Shown: positions 24,526 through 39,165 of the stretch, piece by piece
Layout of the letters: every line of letters starts with the position of its first letter
How positions within the stretch are numbered: position 1 is the first letter of the stretch
Origin: Eledone cirrhosa
Taxonomy: Eukaryota
NCBI GenBank assembly: GCA_964016885.1
Contig: OZ024743.1
Location: 48,670,001 to 48,734,000 of the forward strand
DNA: 64,000 bases
Direction of reading: 5' to 3'
Position numbers and translations under genes: made by a program
Notes under the pieces: model-generated
Databases searched by the model: none
What the model was told of the DNA's origin: nothing
Seen by the model: only the letters and a program-made list of their open reading frames with translations

Positions 24526-27500
24526 GGCTTCAGTCATTAGATTGCGACCATGCTGGTGCATGACCTTAATAGGAAGGGCTTCAGTCATTAGATTGTGACC
24601 ATGCTGGTGCATGACCTTAATAGGAAGGGCTTCAGTCATTAGATTGTGACCATGCTGGTGCATGACCTTAATAGGAAGGGCTTCAGTCATTAGATTGTGA
24701 CCATGCTGGTGCATGACCTTAATAGGAAGGGCTTCAGTCATTAGATTGTGACCATGCTGGTGCATGACCTTAATAGGAAGGGCTTCAGTCATTAGATTGT
24801 GACCATGCTGGTGCATGACCTTAATAGGAAGGGCTTCAGTCATTAGATTGTGACCATGCTGGTGCATGACCTTAATAGGAAGGGCTTCAGTCATTAGATT
24901 GCGACCATGCTGGTGCATGACCTTAATAGGAAGGGCTTCAGTCATTAGATTGCAACCATGCTGGTGCATGACCTTAATATGGAGGGTTTCAGTCATTAGA
25001 TTGTGACCATGCTGGTGCATGACCTTAATGTGGAGGGCTTCAGTCATTAGATTGTGACCATGCTGATGCATGACCTTAATAGGAAGGGCTTCAGTCATTA
25101 GATTGTGACCATGCTGGTGCATGACCTTAATGTGGAGGGCTTCAGTCATTAGATTGTGACCATGCTGATGCATGACCTTAATAGGAAGGGCTTCAGTCAT
25201 TAGATTGTGACCATGCTGGTGCATGACCTTAATGTGGAGGGCTTCAGTCATTAGATTGTGACCATGCTGGTGCATGACCTTAATAGGAAGGGCTTCAGTC
25301 ATTAGATTGTGACCATGCTGGTGCATGACCTTAATGTGGAGGGCTTCAGTCATTAGATTGTGACCATGCTGGTGCATGACCTTAATAGGAAGGGCTTCAG
25401 TCATTAGATTGTGACCATGCTGGTGCATGACCTTAATAGGAAGGGCTTCAGTCATTAGATTGTGACCATGTTGGTGCATGACCTTAATAGGAAGGGCTTC
25501 AGTCATTAGATTGTGACCATGCTGGTGCATGACCTTAATGTGGAGGGCTTCAGTCATTAGATAGTGACCATGCTGGTGCATGACCTTAATAGGAAGGGCT
25601 TCAGTCATTAGATTGTGACCATGCTGGTGCATGACCTTAATAGGAAGGGCTTCAGTCATTAGATTGTGACCATGCTGGTGCATGACCTTAATAGGAAGGG
25701 CTTCAGTCATTAGATTGTGACCATGCTGGTGCATGACCTTATTGTGGAGGGCTTCAGTCATTAGATTGTGACCATGTTGGTGCATGACCTTAATAGGAAG
25801 GGCTTCAGTCATTAGATTGTGACCATGCTGGTGCATGACCTTAATAGGAAGGGCTTCAGTCATTAGATTGTGACCATGCTGGTGCATGACCTTAATAGGA
25901 AGGGCTTCAGTCATTAGATTGTGACCATGCTGGTGCATGACCTTATTGTGGAGGGCTTCAGTCATTAGATTGTGACCATGTTGGTGCATGACCTTAATGT
26001 GGAGGGCTTCAGTCATTAGATTGTGACCATGTTGGTGCATGACCTTATTGTGGAGGGCTTCAGTCATTAGATTGTGACCATGTTGGTGCATGACCTTAAT
26101 AGGAAGGGCTTCAGTCATTAGATTGTGACCATGCTGGTGCATGACCTTATTGTGGAGGGCTTCAGTCATTAGATTGTGACCATGTTGGTGCATGACCTTA
26201 ATAGGAAGGGCTTCAGTCATTAGATTGTGACCATGCTGGTGCATGACCTTAATAGGAAGGGCTTCAGTCATTAGATTGTGACCATGTTGGTGCATGACCT
26301 TAATAGGAAGGGCTTCAGTCATTAGATTGTGACCATGCTGGTGCATGACCTTAATAGGAAGGGCTTCAGTCATTAGATTGTGACCATGCTGGTGCATGAC
26401 CTTAATGTGGAGGGCTTCAGTCATTAGATTGTGACCATGCTGGTGCATAACCTTAATAGGAAGGGCTTCAGTCATTAGATTGTGACCATGCTGGTGCATG
26501 ACCTTAATAGGAAGGGCTTCAGTCATTAGATTGTGACCATGCTGGTGCATGACCTTAATAGGAAGGGCTTCAGTCATTAGATTGTGACCATGTTGGTGCA
26601 TGACCTTAATAGGAAGGGCTTCAGTCATTAGATTGTGACCATGCTGGTGCATGACCTTAATAGGAAGGGCTTCAGTCATTAGATTGTGACCATGCTGGTG
26701 CATGACCTTAATGTGGAGGGCTTCAGTCATTAGATTGTGACCATGCTGGTGCATGACCTTAATAGGAAGGGCTTCAGTCATTAGATTGTGACCATGCTGG
26801 TGCATGACCTTAATAGGAAGGGCTTCAGTCATTAGATTGTGACCATGCTGGTGCATGACCTTAATAGGAAGGGCTTCAGTCATTAGATTGTGACCATGCT
26901 GGTGCATGACCTTATTGTGGAGGGCTTCAGTCATTAGATTGCAACCATGCTGGTGCATGACCTTAATGTGGAGGGCTTGAGTCATTAGATTGTGACCATG
27001 CTGGTGCATGACCTTAATAGGAAGGGCTTCAGTCATTAGATTGTGACCATGCTGGTGCATGACCTTAATGTGGAGGGCTTCAGTCATTAGATTGTGACCA
27101 TGCTGGTGCATGACCTTAATGTGGAGGGCTTCAGTCATTAGATTGTGACCATGCTGGTGCATGACCTTAATGTGGAGGGCTTCAGTCATTAGATTGTGAC
27201 CATGCTGGTGCATGACCTTAATAGGAAGGGCTTCAGTCATTAGATTGTGACCATGCTGGTGCATGACCTTAATAGGAAGGGCTTCAGTCATTAGATTGTG
27301 ACCATGCTGGTGCATGACCTTAATAGGAAGGGCTTCAGTCATTAGATTGTGACCATGCTGGTGCATGACCTTATTGTGGAGGGCTTCAGTCATTAGATTG
27401 CAACCATGCTGGTGCATGACCTTATTGTGGAGGGCTTCAGTCATTAGATTGCAACCATGCTGGTGCATGACCTTAATGTGGAGGGCTTCAGTCATTAGAT

Positions 27501-30500
27501 TGCAACCATGCTGGTGCATGACCTTAATAGGAAGGGCTTCAGTCATTAGATTGTGACCATGCTGGTGCATGACCTTAATAGGAAGGGCTTCAGTCATTAG
27601 ATTGCAACCATGCTGGTGCATGACCTTAATAGGAAGGGCTTCAGTCATTAGATTGTGACCATGCTGGTGCATGACCTTAATAGGAAGGGCTTCAGTCATT
27701 AGATTGTGACCATGCTGGTGCATGACCTTAATGTGGAGGGCTTCAGTCATTAGATTGTGACCATGCTGGTGCATGACCTTAATGTGGAGGGCTTCAGTCA
27801 TTAGATTGTGACCATGCTGGTGCATGACCTTAATGTGGAGGGCTTCAGTCATTAGATTGTGACCATGCTGGTGCATGACCTTAATAGGAAGGGCTTCAGT
27901 CATTAGATTGTGACCATGCTGGTGCATGACCTTAATAGGAAGGGCTTCAGTCATTAGATTGTGACCATGCTGGTGCATGACCTTAATAGGAAGGGCTTCA
28001 GTCATTAGATTGTGACCATGCTGGTGCATGACCTTATTGTGGAGGGCTTCAGTCATTAGATTGCAACCATGCTGGTGCATGACCTTATTGTGGAGGGCTT
28101 CAGTCATTAGATTGCAACCATGCTGGTGCATGACCTTAATGTGGAGGGCTTCAGTCATTAGATTGCAACCATGCTGGTGCATGACCTTAATAGGAAGGGC
28201 TTCAGTCATTAGATTGTGACCATGCTGGTGCATGACCTTAATAGGAAGGGCTTCAGTCATTAGATTGCAACCATGCTGGTGCATGACCTTAATAGGAAGG
28301 GCTTCAGTCATTAGATTGTGACCATGCTGGTGCATGACCTTAATAGGAAGGGCTTCAGTCATTAGATTGTGACCATGCTGGTGCATGACCTTAATGTGGA
28401 GGGCTTCAGTCATTAGATTGTGACCATGCTGGTGCATGACCTTAATGTGGAGGGCTTCAGTCATTAGATTGTGACCATGCTGGTGCATGACCTTAATGTG
28501 GAGGGCTTCAGTCATTAGATTGTGACCATGTTGGTGCATGACCTTAATAGGAAGGGCTTCAGTCATTAGATTGTGACCATGCTGGTGCATGACCTTATTG
28601 TGGAGGGCTTCAGTCATTAGATTGTGACCATGCTGGTGCATGACCTTAATGTGGAGGGCTTCAGTCATTAGATTGTGACCATGCTGGTGCATGACCTTAA
28701 TGTGGAGGGCTTCAGTCATTAGATTGTGACCATGTTGGTGCATGACCTTAATAGGAAGGGCTTCAGTCATTAGATTGTGACCATGCTGGTGCATGACCTT
28801 AATGTGGAGGGCTTCAGTCATTAGATTGTGACCATGTTGGTGCATGACCTTAATAGGAAGGGCTTCAGTCATTAGATTGTGACCATGCTGGTGCATGACC
28901 TTAATGTGGAGGGCTTCAGTCATTAGATTGTGACCATGTTGGTGCATGACCTTAATAGGAAGGGCTTCAGTCATTAGATTGTGACCATGCTGGTGCATGA
29001 CCTTAATGTGGAGGGCTTCAGTCATTAGATTGTGACCATGTTGGTGCATGACCTTAATAGGAAGGGCTTCAGTCATTAGATTGTGACCATGTTGGTGCAT
29101 GACCTTAATAGGAAGGGCTTCAGTCATTAGATTGTGACCATGTTGGTGCATGACCTTAATAGGAAGGGCTTCAGTCATTAGATTGTGACCATGCTGGTGC
29201 ATGACCTTAATAGGAAGGGCTTCAGTCATTAGATTGTGACCATGCTGGTGCATGACCTTAATAGGAAGGGCTTCAGTCATTAGATTGTGACCATGTTGGT
29301 GCATGACCTTAATAGGAAGGGCTTCAGTCATTAGATTGTGACCATGCTGGTGCATGACCTTAATAGGAAGGGCTTCAGTCATTAGATTGTGACCATGCTG
29401 GTGCATGACCTTAATAGGAAGGGCTTCAGTCATTAGATTGTGACTATGTTGGTGCATGACCTTAATAGGAAGGGCTTCAGTCATTAGATTGTGACCATGC
29501 TGGTGCATGACCTTAATAGGAAGGGCTTCAGTCATTAGATTGTGACCATGCTGGTGCATGACCTTAATAGGAAGGGCTTCAGTCATTAGATTGTGACCAT
29601 GTTGGTGCATGACCTTAATAGGAAGGGCTTCAGTCATTAGATTGTGACCATGCTGGTGCATGACCTTAATAGGAAGGGCTTCAGTCATTAGATTGTGACC
29701 ATGCTGGTGCATGACCTTAATAGGAAGGGCTTCAGTCATTAGATTGTGACCATGTTGGTGCATGACCTTAATAGGAAGGGCTTCAGTCATTAGATTGTGA
29801 CCATGCTGGTGCATGACCTTAATAGGAAGGGCTTCAGTCATTAGATTGTGACCATGCTGGTGCATGACCTTAATGTGGAGGGCTTCAGTCATTAGATTGT
29901 GACCATGCAGGTGCATGACCTTAATAGGAAGGGCTTCAGTCATTAGATTGTGACCATGTTGGTGCATGACCTTAATAGGAAGGGCTTCAGTCATTAGATT
30001 GTGACCATGCTGGTGCATGACCTTAATAGGAAGGGCTTCAGTCATTAGATTGTGACCATGCTGGTGCATAACCTTAATAGGAAGGGCTTCAGTCATTAGA
30101 TTGTGACCATGCTGGTGCATGACCTTAATAGGAAGGGCTTCAGTCATTAGATTGTGACCATGCTGGTGCATGACCTTAATAGGAAGGGCTTCAGTCATTA
30201 GATTGTGACCATGCTGGTGCATGACCTTAATAGGAAGGGCTTCAGTCATTAGATTGTGACCATGTTGGTGCATGACCTTAATAGGAAGGGCTTCAGTCAT
30301 TAGATTGTGACCATGTTGGTGCATGACCTTAATAGGAAGGGCTTCAGTCATTAGATTGTGACCATGCTGGTGCATGACCTTAATAGGAAGGGCTTCAGTC
30401 ATTAGATTGTGACCATGTTGGTGCATGACCTTAATAGGAAGGGCTTCAGTCATTAGATTGTGACCATGCTGGTGCATGACCTTAATAGGAAGGGCTTCAG

Positions 30501-31821
30501 TCATTAGATTGTGACCATGCTGGTGCATAACCTTAATAGGAAGGGCTTCAGTCATTAGATTGTGACCATGCTGGTGCATGACCTTAATAGGAAGGGCTTC
30601 AGTCATTAGATTGTGACCATGCTGGTGCATGACCTTAATAGGAAGGGCTTCAGTCATTAGATTGTGACCATGCTGGTGCATGACCTTAATAGGAAGGGCT
30701 TCAGTCATTAGATTGTGACCATGTTGGTGCATGACCTTAATAGGAAGGGCTTCAGTCATTAGATTGTGACCATGTTGGTGCATGACCTTAATAGGAAGGG
30801 CTTCAGTCATTAGATTGTGACCATGCTGGTGCATGACCTTAATAGGAAGGGCTTCAGTCATTAGATTGTGACCATGTTGGTGCATGACCTTAATAGGAAG
30901 GGCTTCAGTCATTAGATTGTGACCATGCTGGTGCATGACCTTAATAGGAAGGGCTTCAGTCATTAGATTGTGACCATGCTGGTGCATGACCTTAATAGGA
31001 AGGGCTTCAGTCATTAGATTGTGACCATGCTGGTGCATGACCTTAATGTGGAGGGCTTCAGTCATTAGATTGTGACCATGCAGGTGCATGACCTTAATAG
31101 GAAGGGCTTCAGTCATTAGATTGTGACCATGTTGGTGCATGACCTTAATAGGAAGGGCTTCAGTCATTAGATTGTGACCATGTTGGTGCATGACCTTAAT
31201 AGGAAGGGCTTCAGTCATTAGATTGTGACCATGTTGGTGCATGACCTTAATAGGAAGGGCTTCAGTCATTAGATTGTGACCATGCTGGTGCATGACCTTA
31301 ATAGGAAGGGCTTCAGTCATTAGATTGTGACCACGCTTGTGCATGACCTTAATAGGAAGGGCTTCAGTCATTAGATTGTGACCATGTTGGTGCATGACCT
31401 TAATAGGAAGGGCTTCAGTCATTAGATTGTGACCATGCTGGTGCATGACCTTAATAGGAAGGGCTTCAGTCATTAGATTGTGACCATGCTGGTGCATGAC
31501 CTTAATAGGAAGGGCTTCAGTCATTAGATTGTGACCATGTTGGTGCATGACCTTAATGTGGAGGGCTTCAGTCATTAGATTGTGACCATGCTGGTGCATG
31601 ACCTTAATAGGAAGGGCTTCAGTCATTAGATTGTGACCATGCTGGTGCATGACCTTAATAGGAAGGGCTTCAGTCATTAGATTGTGACCATGCTGGTGCA
31701 TGACCTTAATAGGAAGGGCTTCAGTCATTAGATTGTGACCATGCTGGTGCATGACCTTAATAGGAATGGCTTCAGTCATTAGATTGTGACCATGCTGGTG
31801 CACAACCTTAATATGAAGGGC
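24526..31821. repeat. Minisatellite, 51-bp unit, about 143 copies, expanded inside a SINE
   Basis: Unit ggcttcagtcattagattgtgaccatgctggtgcatgaccttaataggaag, with no indels (the minus frame is open for 2454 codons). The unit resembles the reverse complement of 55895-55935, and the right flank 31880-32040 resembles the reverse complement of 55700-55810. Confidence 0.97.
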
Positions 31822-33196
31822 GTTTATTCAACCTCATGATAAAGGGACATAGTCAAACAGAAAATGTAAACACACATACATAGTGGGCTTTTGCACAGTT
31901 TCTGTCTACCAATTTCAACTCACAAGGCATTGGTCAACCTAATGCTATATTAACAGACACCTACCAAAGTTGCTACACAGTGAGACTGAACCCCAAACCT
32001 CATGGTTGTGATGCAAACTCCTTAACCACATAATTATGCCTCTGTCTATTTATATCATCATCATCATTATTTAATGTCTGTTTTGCTACTAGCAAGGTTT
32101 GGATGGGTCTTCACAGACTGTGTCATTACTCCAGTGGAGCTACTAACTCCTCCAATGAACTGGGGGCCCACATCTTGCTTACATACGATCTTGTGCTCAA
32201 CTGAGTTCAATTTATTATAACCCCAGCAGTAGGGAGGTTGTTATATCTTTGACACAAATGTAGGGTCCTCCCAACCCTTTATTTAGCAAGCTTTCTATGG
32301 CTGGATTCCTTTTCTATCATTTATTACTTTACAGCATGTACTGAGTGTGTTTATCATGTAGATTACCAACACTAGATAGGTTGTCACACTATTAACACAA
32401 CTGAAGGGCCCTCCTGACCTTTTTTTGCAAAGTCTCTATAGAAGTATGCCCTTCCTATCACTAACCACCTTACAGGGTGTACTGCATTCATTTTTATGTG
32501 ACTATCATGGAGAGGTTGTCAGTTATTGTCCCAGCTGAAGACCCTTCTCTGCTCTGAGGGGTAGGTGAAGGAGAGAAAGATAAGTATAATGTTATGCATG
32601 CATAGCATGTGTGGTGGAAAGGGGTGACCTCTGGTGGTATAGATTGGGTCAGTGACAGCTGTGTCAGGATTTCTAGAGTGGGATGTAGTGATGGGGGGAA
32701 ATAGCTAAGAGTTGATAGTGGTGGATGCATGGATGGGGTGGTTGACAGCATAAGAGAGGAGGGTAGTTATGGAGAGGATAACTAAAGTATGGTAACATGG
32801 GGTGAATAGCCACAGAGGACTTTAGAAGTGTGGGGGTGTTGTGATTGCTGGAGATTTCTAATACCTCCAGTTTCTGTGTGAAGGGAACAAATAACCAATC
32901 TGTTCTTTAGATAAGAAGCTAATTAAAGATTACATCTTTCCTATTGATATCTAATTAGTACAGCTTTGTGTAGAAGTATTGATATTTCAGCCATCCATAT
33001 TTAGATATACATATACACATTACTCAATCCCTGCTAGCAGGGTGAACAGATGTTAAATTATGATGATGGCCTGCATACAAACATGCATATGTATATAGTC
33101 TTTTATTAGTTCCAGTCATTGGCTTATTCAACCAGTCTCATTGAATAAGTCACAAATAGTGTCCCCATCAGCCTAATGCCCTCCCTCACTCTCTTG

Positions 33197-33241
<45 letters not shown>

Positions 33242-33994
33242 TGACGAAGGGTAACCTGGAAAGCAGGGCATGCAGTCCAATCGCCATGGCAGAAAGTGGG
33301 GCTGTGCAGCCATATGCCCCCCTCCCCCAATTCCCTCTAAATGACCCTCCCTGTCAAAGCCACATGTAGTGTTATCTAGTGTTTGTGTGTGTTATCTTTT
33401 TATGTGTCTGCGATTTAGTAAGCAGTCAAAATTCTGCTTGCTCCAAAGCTGTTGTGTGTATGTGTGTGTGTGTATGTGTGTGTGTGTGTATGTGTGTGTG
33501 TGTGTATGTGTGTGTATGTGTGTGTGTGTGTATGTGTGTGTGTGTGTATGTGTGTGTGTTATCTTTTTTTGTGTCTATACGTTTTAGTAAGCAGCCAAAA
33601 TTCTGCTTGCTTCAACCGACGCAATTGATCAACTCAAGATTCTATAACGCAATCACTGCATGCGTTGCATGCACGGACACTTCGTCCCTGATATATATAT
33701 ATATATACCCTTGCAAGCAGGGAAAAGCGGATGTAAAATGATGATGATATATATACACAGTAAGTCCTCACCTTACGAACATCCTACTTACGAACTTCCA
33801 CAGATATGATCTGTCTCATGAAGAAAAAAAATGTTGTCTGATTTTAAAAATTGTGTTTTTTGTGGGCTCTTTCAAACCCTGGGTTCCTTCTTTTGCAGCC
33901 TAAAAACAAGTTGAAATCCTACCTACGGTATGGGGTACCATTCTACTTTTGCAGAATTGAGAAAGTACTTTTTTTCAATTTATTGTCAGAAGCT

Positions 33995-36598
33995 TTACAG
34001 TATTGTTGACCATATCAACACTTCTGCTTGGTGTTGTTTATCGCCCCCCAAACTACCATCAGGACACACAGCTTTGCGATATCCTCAGAGCTGCTGTCAG
34101 GAAAACAGCCACTTATGTGTTTATTGCAGGTGACTTCAATCATCCTGAGATCGATTGGGAAACCTTTCGTTGGCCACAAAGTGCAAACGATTTCTTTGAG
34201 CTAGTGCTGGACTCAAACTGGTCACAAGTAGTCACCTCTCCAACAAGAGGTGACAACACTTTGGACCTGATCTTCACCACTACTCCTGAAGTGGTTATCA
34301 CTTGTACTACTGAGGAACCTCTAGGCGACTCTGATCATGCTATGATCATTGCTAATCTGGCTCTTGCGGGCAGCAACAAAAACCAGAACCATCTCCAATC
34401 TGCTTGCTTTGATTGGAAGAAAGCGGATTGGAACTTGTACTGCACTGAGCTACAGCGCCCAAACTGGCATGAGTTGTATAACTCTGGAGATGTGAACACT
34501 ATACTCTAGAGCATCCTGGACTCAATATGGATAGCGTGTGCAGCATCGGTGCCATGTAGAAAAAAACCCACCCCAAAAGTGCAATTTGGGAAACTTCAAC
34601 AGTCCGACTTGCCAGGAAAGAACGTCGGAACGCTGAACGAGAATATAAACTGCATAAATCAGATGCCAACAGAAAAAAGCGGAATAAATCTTCCAACCAT
34701 CTCAAGCAAGTGACAAAAAAGGCAGTGCTTGAATTTGAACAGTGCATAGCAACCAATCCTGACAGTAAGGTGTTCTGGAAATATGTTCATTCAAAGCAGA
34801 GACCTCACTCTCCAGTTGGTCCTCTTCGCAATCCCCACACAAGCCAGATCACTGACGATCCCAAAGAATGCACAGAACTCATTGCTGAGTGCTATGCAAG
34901 TATTTTTACTGTTGAAAACCAGAATGTACCATCTCCACCATCTCTAACATCAAATTCCATAACAACTATGGAATTTACACCTGCAATGTTGCGACGTCAC
35001 CTTAAGAATAAGCGCAACTATGCCTCCCCTGGTCTTGAAGGTGCTACATACTTGCTTCTCAAATGTGGCGGGTACTTCCTTTTGCACCAGCTTTCTCTCT
35101 TCTTTCAATACTGTCTCAACAATGGTGCTACTCCGGAGCAGTGGAAAACTGCCAGTGTCATTCCCCTGTTCAAAAAGGGCAACCGCATGTCACCTGTCAA
35201 CTATCGTCCAGTCAGTCTTACTAGCTGTATCGCCAAACTGATGGAATCCTGTGTCAGAGAAACACTTTGGAACTTCTGGAGCTCTCACAGCCTCATCCGG
35301 CCCTTGCAGTTTGGATTTATCCCTAACTCCAGCTGCTGTGATCAGCTTATCGAGTTCCTTGAAGACATTACCTGGATCACTGACAGCGGCTCATGGGTGG
35401 ATGTTGTTTACCTTGACTTTGCTAAGGCTTTTAATTCTGTGCCACACAAAAGACTTATAGCAAAACTCTCTGCAATGGGTGTGAGGGATGATCTTTTTAA
35501 CTGGTTGAAATCCTTCATTCTCAGCTGAAAAGAGGTAGTCACGGTTCTAGGACAGCATTCTTCACCATATGAGATGTCATCTGGTGTACCACAGGGATCT
35601 GTTCTTGGTCCCCTTTTGTTTGTGGCATATATTAATGACATAGATGCCAACTTAAAGAATGTCACGGTACTGAAATATGCAGATGACATCAAGCTGTACC
35701 TTGAAATCAAAAGGACTGATCCTGAAATCTACAACTCTTTCCTACAATCAGAGCTGGACACAATGCAGCAATGGATCACAGACTGGCAACTGAAGCTGGC
35801 TGTGGACAAGTGTACCATCATGCATTTTGGGAGGAAAAATCCAGTGTCCACATACTCCCTCCACAACACTAATATCAAGAAGTCTTCTTGTGAACGTGAC
35901 CTGGGCATTACGGTCAGCAACGATTTGCGTTGGACGAAGCACGTCTCTAAAATTGTCAAGAGGGCTGAGGGTGTCTTAACATCACTCAGCAAGACCTTTG
36001 TCAGCCGCTCTCCAACTATCTATTTAAAGCTGTACATGGCTATGGTGCGGCCACACTTAGAATTTGCATCACCAGTCTGGAACCCCTATCTTGCTCAGAA
36101 CATTGACCTCCTGGAAACTGTTCAGAGATGTGCAACCAAGCGCATACCCTCCATCAGACACGTGGATTCATTGAAGCTCCAACGTCTGGCAATGGACTTG
36201 GTAAACACCCACAAATTTATTAACCATCTCGCCAACAACAACCCTGAGCACCTTTTTGATCTCCATGTGTCTAACACACGTGGACATGCCTACAAAATCA
36301 GAAAACAGCACAGCTCCCATGACTTTTGTAAACATTTTTACACGCTCAGAGTTGCTGAAGCATGGAACAAACTGCCTGCTTCAGTTGTTAGCTGCCGAGA
36401 CACTGCATCCTTTAAAACCCTCATGCTTCCCGAAATATGCCAAAACTACACCTGATGTACCCCTTCCATACACATGCACACATGTTGTATATCATGACTC
36501 ATGCACTGTTCATTTTCCTGACGTTTGTACATTACCCTATGTACTATACATACACTTTTTGATGAGTTGTAGTGCACCTGAGCACTGTACACAATATT

Positions 36599-36635
<37 letters not shown>
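33995..36635 (+). mobile_element. CR1-like LINE ORF2 (APE + RT), disrupted, with (ATT)n tail
   Basis: GVVYRPP, GDFNHP.IDW, PTRG.NTLDL, SDH; NYRPVSLTS, QFGF, YLDFAKAF, GVPQGSVLGP, YADD, ERDLG, VRPHLE..SPVWNP. Several frameshifts and stops. Confidence 0.93.
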
Positions 36636-36636
<1 letters not shown>

Positions 36637-36650
36637 TAAATTCATTATTT

Positions 36651-36875
36651 CATGTTATATATACCTCTATATTACATGTTATATATACCTCTATATTACA
36701 TGTTATATATACCTCTATATACTGTATATATATACCTCTATATTACATGTTATATATACCTCTATATACTGTATGTATATTACCTCTATATTACATGTTA
36801 TATATACTTCTATATACTGTATATATATATATATATATATATACCTCTATATACTATATATATATATATATACCT
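36651..36875. repeat. Degenerate ~24-bp tandem repeat
   Basis: Repeated catgttatatatacctctatatta and variants. Confidence 0.8.
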
Positions 36876-38030
36876 CATATGGAAACCTGCATTACCAATG
36901 TACCATACATGGTCTTACTGGTACGTAGTGTTAGACGACTAACTTACAAACAAATCAACTAACGAACAGCTTCTTGGAATGTAGCTTGTTCATAAATCAT
37001 ATATATATAATACATACATACATGATGATGGCTGCTCCCTCGTTATCGAGTATGGCCATTGCACAATATAACATTATTAATAATTATCAATTAATTCTAT
37101 TGTGTAATGTCTGTGCATGAAGATATTTTTTAAAGTGAGGAAAGACTGTGCACTGAGCCAATCCCACTCTCTGAGTGACAGTAGCTATAACCCGAAAAGA
37201 AGAAAAAATCAACATCATCAATAACTACTGAGTCGCAGGTTTTATGTCGGAGTTATCCCAGTTTCCTCAGTTGCCTTCTCCTAAAAGAATGCCCGGACAA
37301 AGGCTAGGGGTCCTTCACTCCCAGTGGTTTAACCGCGTTCGGGTATCCAACCCTTACTATTTCTATACATACATACATACATGTATTTCTATTTCTATAC
37401 ATACATACATATCAAATGTAGCTGTTTCAATATTCAAAGGAGGTAGAGAGGATTCAATCTTGAGTGAAGAGTTAAAATGTTTTTTATATAAAACTTGGTT
37501 AAATTGTTACATTTTTCCATGTGTGGAATCATTGAAACCATCTTGGAGTTAGTAGCGATGTTTATAGTTCAGAAACCTAAACTTTACTTTGAAAACCTTT
37601 ATATCAAAATAAGACAAAAACATCAACATATTTTTTGTTTATTTCAAATTTTTATTCATAATTTTATAAATGCAAAAAAAAAAAAAAAAATGCTCATAAT
37701 AATAATTTTATGTTGGTTACTTTGCATTTTTGAAAAACAAAATTTAATTTTCTTTTAATTTCAACATAGAATAAACCCTGTTTATTTTAGTTTATTAATT
37801 AATTTATTTATTTATTTATTGTATTTCTATTTCCGTGTTTTTCTTTTCACAAAAAGACATCTAAATAAATAAAAAATGAATTTAAAACAAATCTAAATAG
37901 ATGTAGAAAAAATATCTATGTATTCATAAAGCACAATCAGTGATCCAGCAAGCCTTTAAACAACTTTCTCTAACAGTAAGGAGATGAGAGACAAATGTAT
38001 CCCTGGATACGATGTATAGTATCTAGGTGA

Positions 38031-38092
<62 letters not shown>

Positions 38093-38144
38093 TTTTTGTA
38101 TTTGTTTTGCAAGATTTCTTATCTGAATACGTGTGTTGAAACAG

Positions 38145-38478
38145 ATATTGTTATATTTTGGGAGGGTCATGCACCCAATAAAAAATACACACACCTGATG
38201 GTTTTCACTTCAATTTATTACAAATTTCCAGATGGCTGCTTATTTATTGTCAAAGCTCTTTCGTCACACATGGTGTACGACAGAACAAAGGAGGGACACA
38301 AAATAACAAATGAGTCACTGAGGAGGTCACAGAATGTGTAGTGAAAGAGCTTTGACAATAAATATGCAATCATCCGGTTATTAACCAAACAACCGGAAAT
38401 TTGTAATAAATTGAAGTGAAAACCAACAGGTGTATGTGTTTTTATCGGCAGCATGACCCTCCCAAAGTATAACAATAT
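38145..38478. mobile_element. Fold-back Penelope-type short element with a hammerhead motif (38314-38356) in (TA)n
   Basis: Imperfect inverted arms 38145-38271 and 38333-38478. GTCA-CTGAGGA-gGTCACAgaatgTGTAGT-GAAA-GAGC-TT-TGAC; the left arm preserves the intact stem II strand TGTGACGAAA. Confidence 0.75.
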
Positions 38479-38789
38479 ATATATATGAATGGTTATGTCT
38501 AGGAGGAAGCTACAGATGGGGTTAAAGCAACAAAATTGGGGGAAGAATGAGTGGAGAAGACGTCTCCTATGGATCCCTTGATAATGGAGAGTACATCCAG
38601 AACATATTGGGAGTAATAAATATTTCCAAGGTAACATTATCTTCTTGTTTATCTTCCTCTTCTTCTTTTCTCTACTTGACTGCACCTCTTTCCTCACCCA
38701 ATTTTGTTGTCTTAATATTTACAACCGAACCTGCATCATTATGGCTTCCAAGACATAACCACATTTTGTTTCAAGCAAACCACAACACT

Positions 38790-38830
<41 letters not shown>

Positions 38831-38960
38831 GCTCAAGGGCCAGGAGTTTCATACTTAAAGGCACTCATCAGCCTGATTCAAAACTCATGTCATGGTGTAG
38901 ATTGACACCCGTAATAAAATATGTATCACTCTATTCGTGTATTGAGTTTTATTCCACCTT

Positions 38961-39006
<46 letters not shown>

Positions 39007-39101
39007 AGGGTTCACATGGTGTAATTGTAGTTATCCTCCACAAAAGAGAAAGTACTCCATATTTATAATAGAGTAAATTTATAAGTAGTTTTATTCATAT
39101 T

Positions 39102-39165
39102 CTTACAACATGGCTGTGATATTTCGGTAAAGTGTGTTGCTAAGCTTCATCAGAGAAGTTGTAAG
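39102..39165 (-). ncRNA. Degenerate hammerhead-like motif
   Basis: Minus strand CTTACAAC..CTGATGA..GAAA-TAT..ATG-TT-GTAAG. Stems imperfect; GAGTACT motif downstream as in related elements. Confidence 0.4.

Larger units (their letters stand above)
33758..36995. mobile_element. Tigger/pogo-like non-autonomous element interrupted by the CR1-like LINE
   Basis: TA|CAGTAAGTCCTCACCTTACGAAC...ACTTACGAAC at the left end. Related acttacaaac/acttaacgaac sub-terminal repeats at 36940-36970. Right end degenerate. Confidence 0.4.

Noticed and set aside
24439-31803. 2454-aa ORF as an annotated CDS
   Set aside because: Explained by a 51-bp (17-codon) SINE-derived tandem unit. Kept only as a testable finding.
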